A DNA stretch of 64,000 nt. It comes from Psammoneis japonica (taxonomy: Eukaryota). The notes beneath the pieces were generated by a model that was given only the letters and a program-made list of their open reading frames with translations, was not told where the DNA came from and searched no databases. The stretch is from contig QPGO01000006.1 of the NCBI GenBank assembly GCA_008632985.1, forward strand, positions 62,001-126,000, in the 5' to 3' direction. Positions 10,563-19,334 of the stretch are shown here, piece after piece (position 1 is the stretch's first letter; each line of letters starts with the position of its first letter). A program made the position numbers and the translations under genes.

Positions 10563-13500
10563 GTGGAGGGGGTGGACTCACTGGTGCTCAAAAATGTGGG
10601 GCTTGTTGTTCACGGTCGCAAATTGTTTTCGTTCCACGGGTCTTGCTTGATTATTTCCACCGGCCCCCCCATTTGGCTCCTGGCGTCTGGGCCATCTGAG
10701 TGGCCTCGTGTCGCACTGTGTTGTGTGAACGACCCTCCCACCCCGTTGGAGTGTGCCATCATCCACCTCTGTGAGGGTCAAGAGGGCGCATCTCTTCAAC
10801 ACATCCCATTCTCAGGGATTGGCGATTTGGCGGCTGCCAGTGATGTGGCACTGGTGTCTGGGGACCCGGCATGCTTGGAGAGGATTTCACGATTGGAGTG
10901 CAATGTTCTGACGCACTTGGCCCCGGTCGGCAAGATGTCAAGACGTGGCTTGAAAGGGCTTCAGCACTTGTGTCACGTCGGCCTGCCCCATTCAGCGGTT
11001 GGCAGCGTCACGTCCTTTCGGACGACACTTTTCTGTGTCGGGGGCTCTCTCCCAGATTTTAGGGGGGGGCTGTGTTGCACAATTGGCCACATCATTGACT
11101 GTGAACTGGCAGGACAGCCATGCCCCGCAGAACCTTTGGGGGTGCATTGCAGGGAGGGCGATCACGTGAGCCCACAAGTCACACACCGGCCAGTGTCATG
11201 TCAGTCTTGCCGGTCCCATGCAGGGTGGATCCTCAGGGAGTTGAGTGACGATGAACTCCCAGCCGCGTGGGATTTCCCACTTCGATTCCGGACTGGGGAG
11301 ATGATGGATTTGCTCTCCAGGGAGGTGTGGAGTCAGTTGATCCCACTGAATCTACTTGCCGCGGTCGTGGACCACGTCATTGAGCAGCGCTCAACTGCCA
11401 CCCGGCCGGCGGCCCTCGATCCTTCTTTGGGTCCTTCAGAACCTGCCATTGAGCCGGCTACGGCCACTTGGCTGCCTGGGCTTGGTCGGCATTTGCCTCA
11501 CGAATGGATTGACCTGTCCCTTGTCACTGCCAAGGCGGCAAAAGGGGATTCGGTGTTGCCGCCTTTTCGTTCATGGGACAAGTGGGTTGCGCTTTTGTTT
11601 CCTGTGTTTGGGCCCGTCCTTCCAGCTTTGCGTTTGATGGCTCTTTGGTGGTGGCGCCGCCGTTTGACTCGATCGTTCTTGGGGTGTGTGAGTCGATGCC
11701 ACGGGTGGGAATGGGTTCCTCAGCTGCTGGGCTTGCAACAACGGTTTGGGGACTCTTTGTTGAGTCATCAGGGGGGCTTGCATAGAGACCCACCACTCCC
11801 AGTGTCACTGTTGGACGGGAATCTTGGCGCTGACGTTCTAACCCAAACTTTGGCAAGTTCCTGGTGGAGCTGGGACCGGGGCTCTTCTCTTTTCTTCTGG
11901 CGCTGGCCCCCGCCTGAGCAACGCCAGGCAGCACGCGATGGCCTTCCGATTTTCGTGAGAGGCACGCCACCCAGGAACCGCAAGCGGCAGCGGGTTCGCG
12001 GCTCTGGAAACGAAATGCAGCATGTGGCAACCAAAATCCAGAAGGTCCGAGACCATGGACACATTGAGCGTGGTCCAGTTTCGAGCCTTGCAGACCATTT
12101 TTGGGTCCCTGAGGCTGTGTCTTTGGTCCCGAGGTCTGACAGGAGGATGGAGGAAGTGGTCGAGGACATCCGGATGGTGCACAATGGCACCTCATCTGGT
12201 CTAAATGACGCTCTCTGGGCTCCTTCTTTCTTCCTTCCAACTGCAGCATCGGTCTTGGGGCGCATGACCGAATCAACTTTCTCTGTCGATTTGGATCTGG
12301 GGGGCATGTTTCTAAATTTTTTCATGGACCCACGGATTCGACCTTTTGCCGGCATTGATCTCACTCCACTCCGCAACCACCTCCCATGGCCCTTGGCGAC
12401 TGAACTTCCTGTTGGCATGGAGCGTTGGAACCGTCTGTTTGTGGGAATGAAGCCCAGCCCTTGCAACGTGGTGCGGACGCATTGTTGGGCTGACGAAGTG
12501 GCCCGAGGGGATCCCAGCCGTCCGGGGAACCCTGTGGGCTTCGACAAAGTTCTTTTTAACCTCCCAGGGGATCCCAATTACAAGGTTCAAGACCCACTCG
12601 TGATCAAATGGAACTCCATCCTGCAGATCATCGCTGGAGACATCAAAACCTTCGTAGATGACTTGCGAGGCATGGGAGCCAGTGAAGAAGAGGCGTGGCA
12701 AGTGGCACATCAGATGGCTGCCAGGCTTCAGCATCTCGGACTCCAGAACGCCCCGCGCAAAGTTCAGCCCCCATCCCAGCAGGAGACAGGTGCCTGGGCT
12801 GGTGCCATTTTCCGGGTGCTTGCCCGCAATGTCACCCAATCTCTTTCACAGGCCAAGTGGGACAAGGGCAAGGGCATGATTGAGTCCCTTCTAAGTCATT
12901 ACGATGGAATGGGTGAACTCGGCCTCCCCGAGTGCAACTTTAAGGACCTCGAGCGAAAGCACGGGTTTCTTGTCCATGCCGCCATGACTTGCCCCTTTTT
13001 GACGCCCTTCCTCAAAGGGATTCACCTGACACTGGACAGTTGGTGCCCAAACCGAAAGGTGGACGGATGGGCCATGTCGGACAAGGAGTGCGCAGCATGG
13101 ATCCATCACGAGGCCGACAAGCTTGGTGTTGATCCGTGCGAGCTCGGTGAGAACCTTCAGGACGGCAAGCACCCTGAGACCGTGTGTGCAGCACCTCGGT
13201 CATTCTCCGACTTGCGGGCTTTGCGACGGATCATGGAACCGGATGAGCCCACTGCTGGAATCATCCGCTCCTCCAAGGCAGTGGTGGTTCTGTGCGGATT
13301 CGCTGATGCGTCTGGGAAGGGCCTCGGTTCTTCCGTCCAGACTAAGGATGGGGCAATCGTGTTTCGGATTGGGATCTGGGGCGACGATGATCAATCCAAT
13401 TCATCAAATTGGAAGGAACTTTCGAATGCAATCGATGCAGTCCAGGAGCTGGCTGAGTCGGGGGAAATGGATGGCGCCACTCTCTGTTTTTTCACTGACA

Positions 13501-14363
13501 ACTCAGTCTCAGAGATTGCAGTCTACAAAGGAACCTCGTCGAATCCGATGCTCCTGGAGCAGGTGACACATTTGCGGGTGCTCGAGGCCAAGCACGGGTT
13601 TGTTCTCCACTTGGTTCATGTCTCGGGCAAACGCATGACAGCCCAAGGCACAGATGGGGTTTCTCGAGGCGTCCTCACGGAAGGGGCATTGAACGGGGCC
13701 AAGATGCTCTTGTTTGTTCCTTTGCACTTGGCAGCGACTGAGCGGGCTCCTCTGCTGTTCGATTGGATCCGTTCCTGGGCAGGATTGCCGATGGCCGAAA
13801 TCCTTTCTCCCATCGATTGGTTCCAGAAGGGCCGCGACATGTCTGAGTGGCACTGCCCGCCCTGCGAAGAAGTTGAGATGCCGGTGTTCTGGTCAGGCAC
13901 TTGGGTCTGGGCCCCACCGCCCACCGTGGCTAGAACAGCTCTCGAAGAACTCCGCATCGCCCGCCTCAAGCGCCAGAGATCGTTCCACATTTTTGTTTGT
14001 CCGTGCCCAATGACTCCGGAGTGGCAGAAACAATTGCACAAGGCGGCGGACCTCATCTTTCCGGTGCCGACGGGAGCTGGGGCGTTCTGGCCTGAAGAAA
14101 TGTTTGAACCTTTGCTCATCAGTCTTGTTTTCCCCTTCATCTCTCACAGTCCGTGGCAGCTCCGAGGGACGCCAAAGATGTGCTCTGTGGACTGGGCGTT
14201 GCGAAAAGTGTGGGAGGAGGCTGAAGTGGACGCGAGGGACATTTTGCACAAATTTTGTGCACAGTGTTGGAGATTGGCCTCTGTGTCACAGAGCGTGGTG
14301 TCCAGGGTGTTGTGCTTTGAGCGCAAGCATCACCTTCCACTTGGGCAGGATCCTCCCGGATGA
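10563..14363 (+). CDS. ORF2: reverse transcriptase / RNase H polyprotein of the YR retrotransposon (heavily missense-mutated)
   Basis: RT motifs DLDLGGMFLNF, GMKPSP and FVDD. RNase H motifs FADASGKGLG, SSNWKEL, FTDNSV, HVSGKRM and DGVSRG. Only 3 Tyr in 1266 aa. Confidence 0.85.
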   Translation: MEGVDSLVLKNVGLVVHGRKLFSFHGSCLIISTGPPIWLLASGPSEWPRVALCCVNDPPTPLECAIIHLCEGQEGASLQHIPFSGIGDLAAASDVALVSGDPACLERISRLECNVLTHLAPVGKMSRRGLKGLQHLCHVGLPHSAVGSVTSFRTTLFCVGGSLPDFRGGLCCTIGHIIDCELAGQPCPAEPLGVHCREGDHVSPQVTHRPVSCQSCRSHAGWILRELSDDELPAAWDFPLRFRTGEMMDLLSREVWSQLIPLNLLAAVVDHVIEQRSTATRPAALDPSLGPSEPAIEPATATWLPGLGRHLPHEWIDLSLVTAKAAKGDSVLPPFRSWDKWVALLFPVFGPVLPALRLMALWWWRRRLTRSFLGCVSRCHGWEWVPQLLGLQQRFGDSLLSHQGGLHRDPPLPVSLLDGNLGADVLTQTLASSWWSWDRGSSLFFWRWPPPEQRQAARDGLPIFVRGTPPRNRKRQRVRGSGNEMQHVATKIQKVRDHGHIERGPVSSLADHFWVPEAVSLVPRSDRRMEEVVEDIRMVHNGTSSGLNDALWAPSFFLPTAASVLGRMTESTFSVDLDLGGMFLNFFMDPRIRPFAGIDLTPLRNHLPWPLATELPVGMERWNRLFVGMKPSPCNVVRTHCWADEVARGDPSRPGNPVGFDKVLFNLPGDPNYKVQDPLVIKWNSILQIIAGDIKTFVDDLRGMGASEEEAWQVAHQMAARLQHLGLQNAPRKVQPPSQQETGAWAGAIFRVLARNVTQSLSQAKWDKGKGMIESLLSHYDGMGELGLPECNFKDLERKHGFLVHAAMTCPFLTPFLKGIHLTLDSWCPNRKVDGWAMSDKECAAWIHHEADKLGVDPCELGENLQDGKHPETVCAAPRSFSDLRALRRIMEPDEPTAGIIRSSKAVVVLCGFADASGKGLGSSVQTKDGAIVFRIGIWGDDDQSNSSNWKELSNAIDAVQELAESGEMDGATLCFFTDNSVSEIAVYKGTSSNPMLLEQVTHLRVLEAKHGFVLHLVHVSGKRMTAQGTDGVSRGVLTEGALNGAKMLLFVPLHLAATERAPLLFDWIRSWAGLPMAEILSPIDWFQKGRDMSEWHCPPCEEVEMPVFWSGTWVWAPPPTVARTALEELRIARLKRQRSFHIFVCPCPMTPEWQKQLHKAADLIFPVPTGAGAFWPEEMFEPLLISLVFPFISHSPWQLRGTPKMCSVDWALRKVWEEAEVDARDILHKFCAQCWRLASVSQSVVSRVLCFERKHHLPLGQDPPG

Positions 14364-15235
14364 CCAACAAAACGACGACGGGGCCCAGTCAGGTGAGGAT
14401 GCGGCGTGAATTGAAGACAACATTTGGTTTCGAAAGCCCCAGGACAGGAACAAGTTCACCCAAGCTCGTGCTGGGGACCATCTGATGGTGGCTTTCGAGT
14501 GCAACTCTTGCATTTTTCACAAGTTGCATTGCAGAGACCCTATCCCGACCTCTCCACATGATGAGGTGGCACTGGCTTGCATCAGGCGGATCAATTTGGA
14601 TGCATTCTGGAGTGGAGAAAGTTCTGCGGTGGAGAACAACGCGTCCAAGGTGGCTCGGGGATTGGCCCCATTGGATCGTCCAGGTCTTCATGGCCCTCAT
14701 CTGGAACCAGGCCCCTTGCCTCCGCACGATCACTGCGGATGTGAGGTGGCAATGCAAACAGTCTTGGCATTGACATCCCCCGGTCGCTGTTCAGGCTCGC
14801 ACTCCCAGCTTGACACCGTCAGGAAGCTTCGAACAGCTTGCTCAAACCAGGTCAGGGCATCAGCCTCCGCCAACTCCCGGGCCCTTGCATTGGCGGATCT
14901 TGAAGGCAAGCAATGCCTTCGGACATGCGAGGACCCGTGTGCTTCCTTGTGGTTTCAAAGGTTCATGACTGGATGCAAGAGACGAGTGGGCCAGGATTGG
15001 AGGCCGGACAGGGCAATTTCTGTTCAAATCATGCAACATCTGCTGCCAAGGCTTGAAGACAAGTTTCTTTGAGCCACAAACGCCGGGGATCGGTTCAGGT
15101 TTCTAACCAGGGGCTTCTGTTTTGCAGCGAGCTTTGCCTTGTCCCTTCGTGGGCCAGAGGGATTGCTTGTCGATTTGGGGGCGTTGCGGGAACACCTCCC
15201 TCTCCACAACTCACATGTCATGATCCCACCCGGCT
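14280..15235 (+). pseudogene. ORF3: tyrosine recombinase, disrupted and C-terminally truncated
   Basis: ARAGDHLMVAFEC..C, IRRINLDAFWS, then after TGA at 15070 ALSLRGPEGLLVDL (candidate catalytic Arg). No HxxR/Tyr region was recognisable downstream. Confidence 0.65.
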
Positions 15236-15571
15236 CTGTTCGGTGCCGACATCACTTCTCACGGCGACATCGAAGAGAAGCACGATGTGAGCAGATCGTT
15301 CCGTCTTGGGTCTGACTCGCGAGCTGTTTCCCGGAATGTGTCGGGAAGATGACATCGACGCAGTGAATCAATGGAAAAAGAAGGAGCGAGCTGGGGCCGC
15401 TCGGCCCTCACACAAGATGAGGCAACACTGTGCCGACATCTCTCTCCTCCTTCCCTCTTTCCTGAGACACACACAGGAAATGTGAGACAAGCTTCACGGC
15501 CTGCCTCTTCTTCGTTGGATCTCAAGATTCCTTTTTTCAGGTGGCCACTACCTGGGAGTTCTCATCGGGGG

Positions 15572-16721
15572 GGATTTTGCGCTCAACTTTGCTGTTGGAC
15601 CACGGGAGTCCACCTGTAAAGTCTGGATCAGGTTCCTCGACAATCTGCTTTAGACGACGCATCAGCTGCAAAGTCACAGGAACAGCGTCGGGCGTTGTCT
15701 TTGATTCCAAGTCTGAGAGTCATCTAGCATGGGGTTCCGATGTTGCGAAATGCCGGAGGCACCTCCCACTGGTCTTGATTGGAAGCGCCATGAGCAGATC
15801 CTAGAGTTTCCTGATTGCGAGCCCTCAAGTTTTGCTCGAGACCCTGTGGAGGGCATGGGTTTTACCCAACCCCCCCTTGTGCGGAGTAGAGTGTCACCGA
15901 AAGCTCCACTCTGTGAGACTCCCAAGCATTCTAACACCAAGTTTCTTCTCAGTGGTTCTTGGGCTGGCAGTCCAGGACTTTTGTCGGATGTGGATCGGCA
16001 CCTCACATCATCGAATCCTCCTCGCACCCAAGCCCAGATGGAGACGAACCGTGCAATGCAAGACCTCTCATCAGAAAATGTCCCAAGACTCATGCCTCTT
16101 CCAGAAGCGGGTGCTTCTGGCCCAAGATGGCTGGTCACGGAGACCGGTCAAACCTGTCGGCGTTTCATTGCTCTCACTTTTCCATCTTTGTTGAGACAGG
16201 AACCCTGGTCAACGTGACTGGATCATTCCAAAGCATTGGAAAAGCGATTTTTTGCACCCACCCACCACTCCCTGGATTTTGCGCTCAACTTTGCTGTCAG
16301 ACCACGGGAGTCCACCTGCAAAGTCTGGATCAGGTTCCTCGACGATCTGCTTCACAGACGACGCATCAGCTGCGAAGTCATGGGAACAGCATCGGGCATT
16401 GTCTTTGATTCCAAGTCTGAGAGTCATCTAGCATGGGGTTCCGACGTTGCGAAATGCCGGAGGCACCTCCCACTGGTCTCGATTGGAAGCGCCATGAGCA
16501 GATCCCAGGGTTTCCTGATCGCGAGCCCTCGAGTTTTACTCGAGACCCTGCGGAGGGCATGGGTTTTACCCAACCCCCCTTGTACGGAGTAGAGTGTTGC
16601 CGAAAGCTCTACTCTATGAGACTCCTAAGTATTCTAACACCAAGTTTCTTCTTAGTGGTTCTTGGGCTGGCAGTCTAGGACTTTTATCGGATGCGGATCG
16701 GCATCTCACATCATCGAATCC
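15572..16721 (+). repeat. Split direct repeats B1 (15572-16018), A2 (16017-16255), B2 (16274-16721)
   Basis: ggattttgcgctcaactttgctg...cacatcatcgaatcc occurs twice, flanking the A copy. Confidence 0.9.
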
Positions 16722-16949
16722 AACTGTCCACGAGGATTTACCGTGTTATTTTTTCTGGGCCGTCATCGCCAGCACTGCTTCTAGCCCTACGTTGACACGA
16801 CTCTGAACTCACTCGAAGCACATCGCTCTTCACGCATCAATTCTCGCACACCGAAACTGAAAACAGTCAACTTTCGCAGTTATGTCTGCTGCCGACATGA
16901 TTTGCGCAGCGACACCGTCTAAAAAGGATTGCACAGAAGCAGCAAATCA

Positions 16950-18050
16950 ATGAGGCTCACCTTGACGAGCCTTCTCATCGCGACGCTGTTGAAGGTTCCG
17001 CCCACGACTGCCGCCGACGACGTGCTTCAGTTTCAGCTTTTCTTTGGAGCACAAGACGTTGCGTTTTGGGCTGGATTGAAACAAGGATTTTTTTCGGAAC
17101 AGAATTTAGACGTTAATTATACGTACACGACTAGTGGTGGAAAAATACGAGGCAATCTAGTCGATGGGACCATTGATATGGCCATGGCTGCTGCAGACAA
17201 TAGTGTTGCAATTGCTAAAGAAGGATCACTCATTCTCACGGGAGGAGACTCGAGTTTGAATGAATTTATACTGCAACCACAAGTGAATGGACTGGAAGAT
17301 ATGAAGAATAAGACGTTGATTGTTGATTTTCCAACCACAGCCTATGCCTTGCAGGCATACAAGGCTTTGGATCTGGCCAACGTCAGTCAGGGAGATTATG
17401 ACGTTGTCATCAAGGGAGCGACAAACCTGAGGTATCAGGCAATGGTCAATGCTTCCAACCGAGACCAATTTCATGGAACTCCATTGTATCCCCCCTTTTC
17501 GATCCTTGCAACAGAACGTGATGGACTCAAGAGTGCTGGAAGAATGGTCGATTTGGTTGGAGGATACCAGGCCTCGTGCTTGTTTGCCATGCGACAGTGG
17601 CTCCAGCAGGATGTATCGAATGCTGACAAGGCAATTCGATTTATTGCAGGCTTTGTCAACTCCTTGCGGTGGACCATGGACATGGACAATATGGATTCTG
17701 TTATTGACATTCTCATGGATGAGCTCGAGATTGACGAGGACGTTGCCATGAAAACCTACGATTTGCTCATGGAGCCTGGATTTGGCCTCGAAAAGGACAT
17801 GGAATTCTTGCAAGACGGTTTTTCAACTGTGCTAGGAATTCGAGATCAGTTCGAAGGTGGTGGGCCCTTTGTCTCATCCGATTTTGTGGATTTCAGCTAT
17901 TACAATGCCGCCATGGCAATTGTAAATGGCAAGAACGAGAGCGTGACACAGGCCCCGTCGCCTGCAGGAAAGCTACACTTACTTTCAAATGGCGCACTTG
18001 TTGTTGGCATTGGTGTCATGCTGTCTCTCACTTTCAATGTCGTGCTGTAA
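16950..18050 (+). CDS. Secreted or surface-anchored NMT1/THI5 (SsuA/TauA-like) solute-binding protein
   Basis: Intronless ORF with signal peptide MRLTLTSLLIATLL, motif G(LKQ)GFFSEQNLDV, LEDMKNKTLIVD..TTAYAL, and a C-terminal hydrophobic tail after an S/P linker. Normal TA content. Confidence 0.8.
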   Translation: MRLTLTSLLIATLLKVPPTTAADDVLQFQLFFGAQDVAFWAGLKQGFFSEQNLDVNYTYTTSGGKIRGNLVDGTIDMAMAAADNSVAIAKEGSLILTGGDSSLNEFILQPQVNGLEDMKNKTLIVDFPTTAYALQAYKALDLANVSQGDYDVVIKGATNLRYQAMVNASNRDQFHGTPLYPPFSILATERDGLKSAGRMVDLVGGYQASCLFAMRQWLQQDVSNADKAIRFIAGFVNSLRWTMDMDNMDSVIDILMDELEIDEDVAMKTYDLLMEPGFGLEKDMEFLQDGFSTVLGIRDQFEGGGPFVSSDFVDFSYYNAAMAIVNGKNESVTQAPSPAGKLHLLSNGALVVGIGVMLSLTFNVVL

Positions 18051-18240
18051 CGTTTATGTTTCATAAACCATAATCTAGCACTTCATTCCGAACATTGCCG
18101 AGTCGAAAGGTCTCGGGGACAAATCATTTGATTCTGACGTGTCGCGACTTAATCCATTATGGAAGATTTTGTTCGGGTGTGGAGTCGGTTTACTTTTTGG
18201 AACTATATTTTATGCCATTCACGTGTACACGCATTGGGCT

Positions 18241-19176
18241 TTAAACATCAACCATACCCAGACGTGACTTTAGAACTTCGTGAAACCGCTCAGGATCCGA
18301 AACAAAGAGGCACACTTTTCTTCTACTTGAAGGAGCATGTTCTTCCTCTCCATCATCATCACTGTCGGGCATTTCTTCATCGTCTGGCTGGTGTTCTATT
18401 TCGACATAGAAACAAGTCCTATGGATAAAATCTCGAATGCAAACGTTGTTACCTCCTCGGAGAATTTTTGTCTCTTTAAGCTCCACGTTGGTTATACTCC
18501 GAAAAAATACCTCGTTATGCTCATACATTGGACAGTCCGTGGGAGGGAAGGGATTTCGCAACCCTTGAGCTAGAATCCAAACTCCTTTGCACAACAAGCT
18601 TGGACACCAATCCGGGGCATCTGGATGGGCATTATGTTCTGTAGGGAGAATCAGTTTCGAATATGTGATTGAAATAGCTGAAACAAGAATCTCTTGTTTT
18701 AGGCTGGGGTATTGCTCGTTGAAACGTATCCAACAAGTCTTGCGATACCAGTTTCCGATGGAGATGAGTGATATTAACATCCAGATAACTGCCAATGAAA
18801 TCCACTCTCCCGCATCAACGTATTCCGGAAACCTTACGCTCAACACATGATTTAAGACAACGAGGGATATGGAGCATATGAACGGATAAACGACGAATCT
18901 CAAAGACAAGTGTGTCGACCACGCTAAAACGCCGTTGTCAAAAGATGGATCGTAGCAAAAGACGTCGATTTTCTCATCAACAATATCTCCGTTGCATTCC
19001 ACAGGTGCAGTCTCTGTAGCCATCGCTACGACCATATCGTTGCACCCGGAGTTTCTTGCGCCGTGGCTCGCCGACAAATAATGATAAGAACCTTTCCACT
19101 GCTGCCACTTATTCAAAAGACGGTTTGGTTGTGCGATGAAGGGAGTGTTTATGCCGCGGTCCGCGGTCGTCCTCAT
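18241..19176 (-). CDS. Hypothetical membrane protein (start uncertain)
   Basis: 311-aa ORF in normal-composition DNA with two or three hydrophobic segments and an acidic patch. Convergent with the upstream gene. Confidence 0.55.
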   Translation of the reverse strand: MRTTADRGINTPFIAQPNRLLNKWQQWKGSYHYLSASHGARNSGCNDMVVAMATETAPVECNGDIVDEKIDVFCYDPSFDNGVLAWSTHLSLRFVVYPFICSISLVVLNHVLSVRFPEYVDAGEWISLAVIWMLISLISIGNWYRKTCWIRFNEQYPSLKQEILVSAISITYSKLILPTEHNAHPDAPDWCPSLLCKGVWILAQGLRNPFPPTDCPMYEHNEVFFRSITNVELKETKILRGGNNVCIRDFIHRTCFYVEIEHQPDDEEMPDSDDDGEEEHAPSSRRKVCLFVSDPERFHEVLKSRLGMVDV

Positions 19177-19334
19177 TCATGCAATGACCGGGATTGACAA
19201 ATAAGATGACCGGGATTGATGCGTATTGTACGTACGTGATGCCGACGTGACTCAAACGCGACCATTTGATAATTTTCACTTTTCCTCGTTCGTGACATGA
19301 ATGAAACCAGGTGTCTACATCATGATTGATTTGA

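Larger units (their letters stand above)
7824..16721 (+). mobile_element. Tyrosine-recombinase (DIRS-order, Ngaro/PAT-like) retrotransposon with split direct repeats A1-ORFs-B1-A2-B2
   Basis: A1 7824-8062 matches A2 16017-16255, and B1 15572-16018 matches B2 16274-16721. Internal gag-like, RT/RNase H and YR reading frames are present. Confidence 0.9.

Noticed and set aside
8083..14363. Alternative genetic code explaining the lack of Tyr
   Set aside because: Neighbouring host genes use Tyr codons and TAA/TAG stops normally.
15572..16721. Classical RIP (CA to TA) as the cause of the differences
   Set aside because: RIP makes repeats TA-rich and stop-rich. Here repeats are TA-poor, and the intact gene rather than its broken copy carries the TAs.
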